This document shows positions 48,332 to 60,300 of a stretch of 64,000 nt of DNA, one piece after another. Positions within the stretch are counted from its first letter, which is position 1, and each line of letters begins with the position of its first letter. The DNA is from Amoebophrya sp. A120 (taxonomy: Eukaryota > Protista > Dinoflagellata), in contig CAJINV010000006.1 of assembly GCA_905178155.1 (NCBI GenBank), positions 4,579,795 through 4,643,794 of the forward strand, given 5' to 3'. The notes under the pieces were generated by a model that had not been told where the DNA came from, searched no databases, and saw nothing but the letters and a program-made list of their open reading frames with translations. The translations under genes were made by a program, and so were the position numbers.

Positions 48332-51300
48332 ATGACGCTCTCCTCCCACGAGCCAAACGGAGGCGCGTCGAGCCTGGCTGTGGCACCAGACAGAGCAGCC
48401 GTGTTGCTGCACCAGGCTGAGCCTAGTCCAGCAGGGCGGGGTGGAGGAGCAGGAGGCTCTAGTGCTACTGCTAGTACCAGCAAACAGAATAGTACCGGCA
48501 CTGTTGTTCCTACTACCACCACCACCACCACCGCCGGCGTGAAAAACATCGCCAGGATTCCGATCCCTACCTCCAACTCCCGACGCCCTAGTATTGCGTC
48601 CGGAAACAGCTCCGCGCGGAGCCGGATCTGCAATAATTTACTGAATGTGAATCAAAGTCTCGGAGGGGTGAGAAGGTTATCCGTGCATTCCCGGGACACG
48701 GAGCGAAGCGGTTGTTCTACGGCTCGGGGTGGAGGGTCTACTTGCCACCAACGACCAGACAGTGCGGGTCATTATCAAGTGTAAAAATGTCTGGGTCTGG
48801 AAGATTCTGACACTTGTCATGCACGTTTTGCATGAGCCGTGATGTCTGTGATGCATACCCTAGCAATACAGATTTTTTGACGGCTTCTTGATGTGTATTC
48901 CGCATGACAAATGCTTTCTCAGCGTAGCAAAATTTGCATTTCCTTTGGTACTCATGCAATACAGATTTTTTTGAAATCCCAATGCAGCATCACAAGTTGC
49001 ATTCCTCCAGACCCAGACATTTTTACATTTGATAATCATGCGGGTGGAACAACGTCGTCGAAAATAAGCGCCGCGTCAGTACTATGCGTTGCAAAAGTAT
49101 CGTACTCGTAGTGATTGCAGTCATGCATTGCAAATTTCTTTCTCAAGTCGAATTCGCATTACAAATTTCATTTCTCATGCAGCGGAAATTTGTCATGCGA
49201 TTTATACACGTGCGATGCCTTTCCCTTTCGCGCAGTTCATAAGTACTACCCCCGCCGCTCTTACCACAGCAACTCTCCTCCGGGCAGATTACATCAGTCC
49301 GAAAAACCTCGCTGCAGTCCAGCCACATTTCCTCTCAGTTTTCCCAGCCGGGCAGCGATTTGTTTTCACACAGCGCGGTGTCGTCGACGGGAACGTCGAT
49401 GTGGTTATGCGTTGCAAATTTGTAGTCTGGGTCTGGAAGGCGAAAGTTGCAACTTGTGATGGTGTCCCAGGATTCTAAAAAAAATTTGCGTTGCATGACC
49501 AGCAAGAGCAGGAGTTCAGTTTGTGCTACGCGGAGAGGGCGCTTCTGATGCAGAATAGGTATCCGGAACAGGGAGCCATAAGCTGTGTTGCTAGTTCATG
49601 CATTACAGGCGTCATGTGTCGTGGAAAATATGCATGACAAACCTGGCAATCTTCCTGACCCAGACATATTTGCAGTGGATAGTGGTATCACAGCGAGAAT
49701 TTTTACCTAGATGACGGCGGGGCCGGTCTGCAGAGCCGGTTGGGCCGGTTGGAGTACCAGAATTTGGAATTTAATTATATCACGAAGAACAAACTACGAC
49801 AGTTGCCCCCAATTTACACGACGACCATGGGGCCTGGATCATCAACATCGTCGACAACGGCTAGCACGGCCAGCGCATCCGCAAATCAAAATTGTGCTGG
49901 TGCCAACGCAATAAACAAGGCTACCACAGTAGATCGCCCGTCCATTTTCACGGTTGGGAGTTCGGCGACAAAGCGTCACGGGGGGTTCTTCCAGGAACAG
50001 GAGAATGCGAAGTACGTTACCGAGGCGGAGAACACCTATGAATACCATCAAAAGCTGCTTGCCTCTAACAACGCAAACCCCACGACTAGCTATTTGCTCC
50101 CGGGGTTGATTTATTCTCTGCAAAACTATCGTACTCGTATAAAAAAATGCATTACAAACTTTCTCAGTATGAGCACTGGACTTTGTCATGCTGTTTTACC
50201 GTAAGGACAAGATTTGTCATGTATAGTTGCAATTAGTACGCTACGAGTGCGATACTTTTGCCATGCATATGATTTTTCTGAACATGCTCGTCCTGGGGAT
50301 CGAAACCGACGCGCACGCGGATACGTTTACCTTTTCACCGTTGTTCTACTCGTTAGAGTATGAATTGCGAATAGAAGTATCGTACTAGTACTAATCGCAG
50401 TCATGCAAGACTACAAGTACCTTTACCTTTTTTGATGGTAAATCCGCATGACAAATTTCATTTCTACTCATGCTACGGAAACTTGTCATGCGAATTCTGC
50501 TACTACGATACTTTGACTTTTCCAGTGCATATAGAGGTGTTTTTCTTCCTCGCGTTTTCCTTCGAATTGTATCTGCGGTTGCGGAAGGACTTCCAGAAAG
50601 AAAGTGAAGAAGACGAGGACGAGATGGAGGACGAAAGGGCGTCAACTTTTTCAAGAACCTCCGGAACGGGTGCTGCCAGTGTGTCCAGAAAAAGTTCGGA
50701 AAGTCGGAACGTTTTTGACAACAAATCCTCTATGCGCACGTCGGGGACGTCCAGTGGTAGAACGAGAGGCTTTATGCATTTTTGCAAATATGTCTGGGTC
50801 TAGAAGGATGGACGCAGGGTTTGTCATGCTTGTCTGGCATGACGAAAGAGTTTGTGATGCGTGTCCAAGAAGAGACCCTTTGGCTTGTCATGCAAAACGC
50901 AGGTTGTCAATGTCATGCGGAAAGCGCAACACTTCTAAGCAGCGAAAATATTTCTCATGCTTGGCTGTGCATAATACAGAGAATTCACTAGTCACAACTC
51001 AGCACAACTACAAGTTTCCAGACCCAGACATGTTTGCACTCGATAGGCTTGCAGTCGTCCGTGTATTCCCAGCGGGTCGAATTGACGGAAAACTGGTATG
51101 CGAATTACGGAGATGATAATCATGATGAGGACGAGCAGGAGCCAACTTCTGATGCTGGTGCCGATCATCGTCATCTAGAGGGAGATCGAGACCATCACGC
51201 ACGAGCAAATGAGGTGGTCGCGATCAGTGTCGACCAGATGAACGGATTCCAAAAGCGGTCGGCGTTTCTCGGAAGAAGAAAAGGCAGCTCTAGTTCTTCT

Positions 51301-54300
51301 TTTTCGGGAAGCAGAACTGCGGGGGATAGCAAATACAGGAGCCGTAGTGGGGATGAGTTTATGGCAGAAGGTAAATTGAGCTTTTCAATTTGTATGTACT
51401 ATAATTTCAGAAATTGCATGTTGAAGTTATACCTCTTCGTTGCGTGGTGCTTTGTCATGGTTTTCTTACAACCCTAAAGAGAAAGTGCGAGACTGTCGCA
51501 GTATCATCGAACATTCACCTCCCGACGGCACATGATTATTCACACAGACCCTGCAACTCCAATCACTATAACATACAGGCCCGGAAGATGAATTATATCA
51601 ACCAGACCTGCCAGGCCAGAGTCCTCGAATGAATTCGTCGGACATAATACGAAACGGCAAGGATGGAGAACATCAGGCTGCTGCCGCAACAGGTCCTGTG
51701 GAAGATTCCTCCGAAAGTAACATGCTGGAGAGCCGTAGAGACGAGGATCATGGCGATGCAGCAGCAGCAAAAGCTGCCTCCTCCTCCACTTCGCGAATGA
51801 ACAGCAACTCTGCCTCCCCCCCTGTTCTCCGCCGAGCGGGATCCCGGATTAGGAAAAACAGCATTAAAGAAAAACCGCGGATCCACCGGATGTCTAGCAC
51901 TTGCTCCATGCCGGCGATAATGGATCATCGCGACGTATGGCGTTCTCAACTGTTACATTCTCAAGTGTTACATGAATTTGTCATGCAAAAACACTATCAC
52001 TCTCAACACGATCACGCCTTCTCCGCATGACAACTTCTCGACGCGCTAGATAGCATTATATTCTGCTCCAAACCTGTAATGCAAAAGGCGCAACGTTTTC
52101 CCTTTCACTTTTGCCATTCTTGCATTACAAATTTCATGTAACAGTTGAGAATGTAACGTTTGAGAACGCCATACGACGTCGGTGCGACTGCAGAACGAGG
52201 ACAGTGCGACGATTTCGCGTTGGAAGAGCAACAGCGAGGACAGCAATCCCGGATATCAACAGCTCGCCGCCGCAATTCGCAGAAATCGCGGAACTCCCGG
52301 GTAGAAAATTCCACCAGGGCTAACGCGGAACAAGAGGTGGACAACAAAACGGACGCGAGCTTGCGGAAGTACAGCAGTCTCAGGTCGCGGATGTTTCAGA
52401 GTTCGGAGGATTTGGGAGAAAACGAGATTGACAATCTAGAAGATGTATCAAATGTAGAAATGTCTGGGTCTGGAAGATTCTGAGATTTGTCGTGCGTGTT
52501 TTGCATGACCCAGGATGTCTGTAATGCACGACCGCGCGTCACAGATCTTGAGAGGGCTTCCCGATGCCTACTCCGCATGACAAACGCCCTCCCCACGTAG
52601 CACAAACTAGACTCTTCTTGCTGGTCATACAATACAGATTTTTCTGGAGTCCAAAGCTAGCATCACAAGTTCCAATCTTCTAGACCCAGACATTTTTACA
52701 GTTGATAAGATGAGGAAGAGGAAGAAAAAGCTGCTCGGATGAACAGGAGAAGGGCAGCAAGCATGCTCCGTCGTGGGCAGTCCTTCATCGCGAAAAAACC
52801 GACCTCCATGCGGCGGCAAATGTCCATGTGCAGCAACGCCGGTGGAGTCATCACATCCTCAACCAGCCGGCGTGCAGCGTCTTCTGGAGCCGGCGGTGGC
52901 GCGCGGGCGACAAGGACGAACAGCCAAGTGTTCGCCCGCAACTCTGCGTGTTTTAACCGGCCCATTGCTATGGGTATGGCACGCCGGATCTCGCAGCAAG
53001 GACGGAATTCAACCAGTAACAGCACCTTTCACGAAAGAGACAACAACAACGGAGGTGTCAGCGGGGCGGAGGAAACGAGTGGTGCGGACAATGTCAGTCG
53101 AGGTACTACTGGAGCTGGTGGAAGAAGTTCCGGAAATGGGACAAGACGGAGCAGAACCTCGGGAAATCTGCAAAGCAAATCGACGATGAATTTGGAAACC
53201 GGGTCGAATGGTCCATCAAATTCAAAATCCCCCTCGAAGCTACCCCGGCGGCGCACCGGGTCAAGCTTGTTCAAATCCCGGTCTCGTGGTTCGAGCTTCA
53301 CGCGCTCAAAGTCGAGTTTATACAACCGGAGTCGCAGTAACCTCTATGGGTGGAGCGGGAGCCGGAAATATTATGGTAGTAACCGGAATAGCAGGTTTTT
53401 ACTGGTCGCACAACAACTCCCACAACAAATGAAGCAGAGCTTTCTCGTGGTGAGGCAGCGGCTCACGCAGATCTCCCGATATGAAATGCAAAAGCCTCGT
53501 ACTTACTAGTAGAAATCGCATGACAAATTTACTCAGCATGAAAAATGAAATTTGTAATGCGGATTGAGGTTGTAGATTTGTAATGCATGACTGGGATTAG
53601 TGCCACGAGTACGATGCTTTTGCACAGGATACCCGAAGGATTACGACCACTTTGACCCGGCCCAGTCGGAAGCTCAGCAACAGTTTTGTCATGCGGAAGT
53701 CAATATGAACTGCAAAAGTAATGTACTAGTGTAAATTGCAATACAAATTAGCTCAGCATGAGAACTGGACTTTGTCATGCTGTTTTACCTTAAGGACAAG
53801 ATTTGTCATGCGTACTTATTTTGCAATTAGTACGAGTGCGATGCTTTTGCAGTGCATAGCTAATCTTACCCGCAAAGAAGAAAGCGAAGAACTTGCTCCG
53901 GGGTTTCGCGGTGAAGGCAAAACAAGCCTGGACCCGGTATTCAGTCATTGCGCAAAGAACGATACTGCGGCGAGAGAAGCTGCAGAGGCAGAACACGAGG
54001 ATGGCTCCGAATAAAGAGCCGAAGGACAGAGAAGCTGCGAAAGAAATTTTGCAGAAGTCAAAGTCAAATTTATCGTCGCAAACTAATAACCCTGCTGCAA
54101 CGACGAGTAAAACCAATATCAAAAACCTGGCGGTACAGCAAGTGGGTACCTTGCCGTCCCCAACGGATTCCCACAACAGCACGGCGACCTACGAAACCAA
54201 TCACACACAGAACTCGCAACAATCCTGCTCGACTGCAGGTGTGAGAAGCAACACGACAAACAAAGCTGCTCTTTTGAAGAACAATCAAACCCGGTCCTAC

Positions 54301-57300
54301 GCCGACCATTGGAATAGCCTCTTCAGCCTGTTCGGCGTGGGCCTGCCGCAGAGCCAAAAACACTCCACAAAAACGAACTACTCCGGCGATACAGACAAGG
54401 ACAATACGCTGTTGGTTAGACAGGGAAGCAAAAACAGCACTTTTGGGCAAACAGCCGTTGCCGGCACGGGAGCAGCAGGTTCGTGTGGCGATCTCTCCTC
54501 CACTTCGCGCTTGTTGAACAATCCCCAGCGCAAGCAATCCGTTTTCCGAAACGATTCGCTCTTCACGCAGTGCTATGCATTGCAAAAGTATCCTCGTACT
54601 CGTATAAATGCATTGCAAATTCCCCCAGCATTACAAATTGAATTTGTAATGCTGATTTACCTTGAGAAAGTATAGTGCATAAACGCAATTACTACGAGTG
54701 CGATACTTTTGCACAGGATAAGTGCTCCTCGTTGGCGCACCAAGAAGCCGGAGTTTCGAAGGTGAGCACGCCGAATACCAAAAGGAAAAATCCCCCCACC
54801 CCGTATCAAAACGAAGTTTCTGATGCTGGATTTGCGTACACAAATCAGATTTGTCTTGCTGGCGAGGACTGCAGGCCCATATCAAGCCTGAGAAGACAGG
54901 TTTTTGCCTAGGCGCTTAGCATGCCAGACGTCTACGCTGTAGGAGCATGAGCATGACAAACCGGCTGCAGAATGCGGACGGGCCTGTGGAGTTGCTTTCA
55001 TGCAACACAGAAACGATTTGTGGTCACAAATCAGCAACGCAAATTCTCGAAAACGTACCTTGTCAATATGGGGAGGAGGGATTTTTCCTTCTGATACCGA
55101 ACAAACGAAAAATGTCGGTGTTGGCCGGGGGAATGAGTTGTACTCTCGGGGGCGGAGGGGTCGTTGGCGGCAATCGATTCTCTTTCCTACAGAACACTCC
55201 GAACAGTGCCTCGAAGTCGAGTAACTGGGCGGTTCCGCAGTCCTTCTCGCCGGAGAACCAAATTATGATGAACAAATTTAACCAGGAGATGATCATCGAA
55301 TTCTTCGAAAAGATATCTAACAAAAAAGTGTTAACGTTAACGGTTTTCAATTTCACAGATGGCAGCTATGCATTACAAATTTTGCCTTCCATGCATGCTA
55401 CGCAATACAAATATGGGCACCTCTTCTGATGCATTACTGCATCACAAATTCCGTTAACGTTGACGCTTTCTCTTGCGATAAAAGAAGAAAGGAAACCTGC
55501 TCCAACGACTGACGAAGATCGAAGACCCCTACTGGGTGCTTTTCTATCAAATGCAAATATGTCTGGGTCTGGAAGATGATTGGCAGGTTTGTCATGCATA
55601 TTTTGCATGACCCATGATGCCTGTAATGCATGAGAGACTTTTCGAGGGCTTCCTGATGCTTACACCGCATGAGAAATGCCCTCCCCGCGCAACACCAATT
55701 GGACTTCTCTCACGCAATACAGATTTTTTCAGAATCCAAGGACAGCATCACAAGGTGCATTCTTCCAGACCCAGACATATTTGCAATGGATATTTTCGAC
55801 TTGTCGATCATTCTCGCCGCGGGCTTGGAACTGGTTCTTGCGGGCTACTTTCACACCACCCACACGGAGAAAACGCCAAGTCGCGCGCGGTGTTTGGAGG
55901 TGTTGAGAACCCTGTCGTTACTGCGGATTTTGCGGTTCCTGAAACTTCTGCATTTCAGCAAGGAATTACTGCTTGTGAGTCGGGGTTTGGTGGTCGCGTT
56001 GTCTACGATATCCTGGATTTTGATCCTTTTACTCCTCTTCCTCTACGTGAACGCGCTCTTTCTCGTGCGGTTCATCGGCCAGGACTTCGCGGAAGACATG
56101 CGGCGGAATGATGGGAGTTTATCGCCGCACGCGTGCCAAATCGCCAAGGATTTCGGCACAGTGACGCAGGCGATCTACCACCTGTTTGTCGTGTTTACCC
56201 TGGAGGAGTGGCCGGTCATCGCGGAACCCTTTCGCCAGGAGCTGGGAAGCGGCTTCGGGTGGTATTTCGTCGCGTTCATCATGGTCATATCCACAGCACA
56301 TTTCCTGTACACGACGTACAAATGTGGTCTCTGCATGACAAAAACGTGGCTTCGATCCTAGTTTAGCATGACAAGTTTTACGCTCCAAACTGGTGAAATT
56401 TGTGATGCATCTTGTGCATGTACGGGAAATTTGTGTTGCATAGTTCACGAATTTCATCGTGTTTTCGCTCGTGATCGCCATGGCACTGCAGAACATCAAG
56501 GCGATCAAACAGATCCAGGAGCTGCGGTTGCTCCAGTCGCTCTCCATGCAGAAAAACCACTTGAAAGGGCAACTCGTGGAGCTGTTTCGGCACTGTTGCA
56601 GCTTTGAAAAGGTCTGCTTGGAACATCAATTGGCGCAAGAAGACGTGGTGGAGGAGGGGGAATGCGAAAAAAACGCCTGCGGTGCAACAGCAACATCAGC
56701 GGCACCTCCATGTGCCGCGGACCATGCAGCTGAAAATCCTCAAGCGGTTGTGATGTGCAGAGGTGAAGACACCACTGTTGAACGAGCTGACGATGACAAC
56801 GGCGTGGAAGCGAGAAAAGATAAAGATCAACAAGCCACATCAATCAGCGGAGGTCCTCCGGACAAAAGGAACAGTAGCAACGAGGCACTATCGACTACCA
56901 ATACCGCGTCAGCAGATGAATTCGGGAACGATAAGATTCAGAACAGCACTTCCAATCTGGCGAAGGACATCTTCAAAAATGAACGTAGTACTGCAGGTTG
57001 TTGTGCTCTAGCTGGCACTTGTTCCAGTAGTTCCTCGGTGTCAACGTCGATGAACAATGGCACGACTACTTCTGGTATCAAATGCAAATATGTCTGGGTC
57101 TGGAAGAAAAAGAACGCAGGGGTTTGTCATGCAGATTTTGCTTGGTCCATGAGGTCTGTGATGCAGGCCCTGGCATCAGAGATTTTGCGAATGCTTTCTG
57201 ATCCTCATACCGCATGAGAAATGCCCTCTCCGCGTAGAACAAATTACACCTCTTTTGCTGTTCATGCAATACAGATTTTATGTAGAGTCCAAAGGTAGCA

Positions 57301-60300
57301 TCACAAGTTACACTGTTCGTCCAGACCCAGACATATTTGCAATTCATATCTGGTGAACAACAACAACCTCCGACTTTGTCTCTACAACAATTTCGGGAGA
57401 TCATCACCCAGAGCAACACGGCCAGATTCGAGTGGAAGAATGTACTGAGCAGCGGGGACGCGGGCTCGCGCAGTAATGAGGATAATAAGGACCACTACAG
57501 CGCCAGCCCCAGCGTTCCAATGTCCCGCACGGAATCTTCTGATGAATCCGAAGAGGAACAACCCGAACCAGCACGGCATGTGGCTGCAGCTAGTACAAGT
57601 AACGCCGTCTCCAGTTTTAGTGTAGTTTCCGCCGCCTCCAAGCCGCTTGACGAAGAGGGAAAACAAGCATCAGCAGGAGCTGCAAGTAGTCCAAAGAAGA
57701 GTAAGCAGGTAAAGAACCTGAATGCAAGAAATCCTGTCCAACTGAAAGCGTACCACAAGAAAACCCGGACGCTGGTTCGCGAAATCCAGGAGCTCTTGGA
57801 GCACGCCCAGTACTCTACCACCGGGTTTGACCTGCTTGGGGAAAACTCGCTCCTGTTCGACATCTACGAATCCGAAGAAACGAAGCTGACCGAACACCAG
57901 TTTTGCCAGGGGCTCGACACAGCCCTGAGCTCCGAGCACAGTCGCGGGATTTTGAAATGTCAAAATTACGTATCAACTGCAAAAATGTCTGGGTCTGGAA
58001 GAGTCGGGGCCTGTCATGCACATTTTGCATGACCCGTGAGGTCTGTGATGCTGGTGCTAGCAACACAGATTTTTTGAGAGCCTCTTGATGCTAATTACGC
58101 ATGAGAAACGCCCTCTCCGCGTGCCAAGAACTGAGTCCTCTTGCTGCTCATGCAACACAGATATTTTTGGAATCCGCAGACAGCATTACAAGTTCCACTC
58201 TTCCGGACCCAGACATATTTGCAATCCATATTACGTCGTGCGAGCGCTGAAGCAGAAGTTTATCGTGGAGGGGAATGGGATATCCTGTGCAAAAGTATCG
58301 TACTCGTACTAATTGCAGTCATGCATTACAAATCTCGTTGCCGAGGCAAATCAGCATGACAGATTGCATTTGGCATGCTGAGGGAATTTGTCATGCAATT
58401 ACTATATATTATATTCATGCGAAAAAAGAGGTAGACAGAGGGTAAACAAGAGGTGGCCGAGAGGTCAAAAAGAGGTCAAAAGAGGTAAAAAAGAGGTCGA
58501 CAGAGGTGGAGAGGTGGCGCGGGACCCCTTTCGAGAGGGCCGGCGAGAGGGTGCGCGAGTATAGCCCGCCGAAGGACCCACCCTAAGGCGGCGCCTAAGT
58601 GCCTCAGAGGGTGCAGAGAGGTCAAAAAGAGGGGGCGCGAGAGTTCGACAGAGGTGGCGAGAGGTGGCGCGAATAAGGGGCGACCTCTCGCGGACCCTCT
58701 TGGCCACCTCTCGGCCACCTCTGTCGACCTCTACCCGCGAGTATAGCCGGATTATTAGCGGGGACCCCCAAAAGAGGCCAAAAAGAGGGTCTGCGAGAGG
58801 TCTGCGAGAGGGTAAAACACAAAGAAGCGGGCGCGAATCCGCATGGCACTACCCATATTTGGCACTGCAGGCCATTCGCGGAGCTGTTTTGTTCGGCGCC
58901 TTTCCGCGCCACCCTCTCGCGCCACCCTCTCGCGCACCCTCTCGCGCCACCCTCTCGCGCTACCCTCCCCCGCCGGGCGGTTTCTGTTCGCCCCCGGTGG
59001 TCTTTGCAGCTGCTCCCTGCGCAGAGCGCCCACAGGCGCGGGAAGCGCGCAAGTGGTCCTGCGGGTTGGCGCGGCGCAATGTGTTTCGTTGTGCATAGGC
59101 CCGCGGGGTTGTGGTCCTATCGGCAAACAGTCTTGCCCCGACCCAACAGCCTTGCGCTCCGGCGGCAGCCGGAGCATGGCTGGTTTGTACTAGTACGATA
59201 CTTTTGCAGTTCATATGGGAAATTTGAGAAACTCTCCAACTCAATCCGGGAGTTGAAACAGGGGTTTGGAGCGCTGGATAGAATTGCCGGCGATAAAAAT
59301 GTGAAGATTGCTGATTCGCACGGAGGTTCTGGCGATGGTCCTGATGACAATGATGATGGGAAGCACAACGGCGGTCATTCTAGTTTTGGTTTATCAAATG
59401 GAGAAAGAACAGCGGGTCCAGCGAACCTCCATCTGCACGACCGTGCGACGACGGAGCGCCCCGAAGGTCAGTGTGATGTGTTAGCCGGAAAGGAACAGAC
59501 AACATGTGAAAATAAGCAGCTAAGGCCCGCCGCCTCCAAGAACAGTGCCGCACCTGGACACTCAACCTCTCATCACGCAGCAGTTCCGGTTCCGGCAGGA
59601 GGTCCAAGCAGTACCACCACACCAACTTCCGTAATGTTTGCAAACAAGAACAACTTCTGCGAGCATCCCTCACTGGAGCAGCCGAGTTGGCCGTTGTTTC
59701 GCGAAGGCTCGTCCAGCAGTACCTCCTGCAGCACCTCTGCGACGAAGACAGGAGCACTGGTTTCGCCGCGACCCCCCATGCTCCCCCCGCCGAGCTGCTT
59801 GCAGGCGCAACAAGCCAATTATCCCACCACATTAGGCACTGCGACCGCCGCGGGTTTCGTCCCACCACAACTTCCAACGGTGCAGCAGCACATCGTTCCT
59901 GGTGGGCCTTTTATTGCAACACAAATCACGACTTCAGCGACGACCAGTTCTAGCTCGTCGAGTTTCCAACAAGTATCCTCGCAGGCCGTGTCGTTCTCCA
60001 ATCAGTCTTCGAATCCGAACAACATGGACCGATCCTCCTCGGAACCCGTCAGTTTGCACAGTTACAGCCACACCGTGTCACTTTCCGGGGCTTCTAACTC
60101 GATCGTGACAGTACCGACGCCATCAAATGTAAAGATGTCTGGGTCTGGAAGCTTGCCAGGTTTGTCATGCATATTATGGAAGACTCATGATGTCTGTGAT
60201 GCATGCTCTAGCATGACAGATTTTTAGAGGCCTTTGTGATGCCTCTACCGCATGAGAAATGCCCTCTCCGGGTAGCACAACCACAAACTGGAGCTCTGTT

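Noticed and set aside
54762-54970. Canonical GTGAG...CAG intron in the channel gene
   Set aside because: It is frame-compatible, but a TIR element with a perfect CCGAA TSD (54776-55096) explains the region better; not fully excluded.
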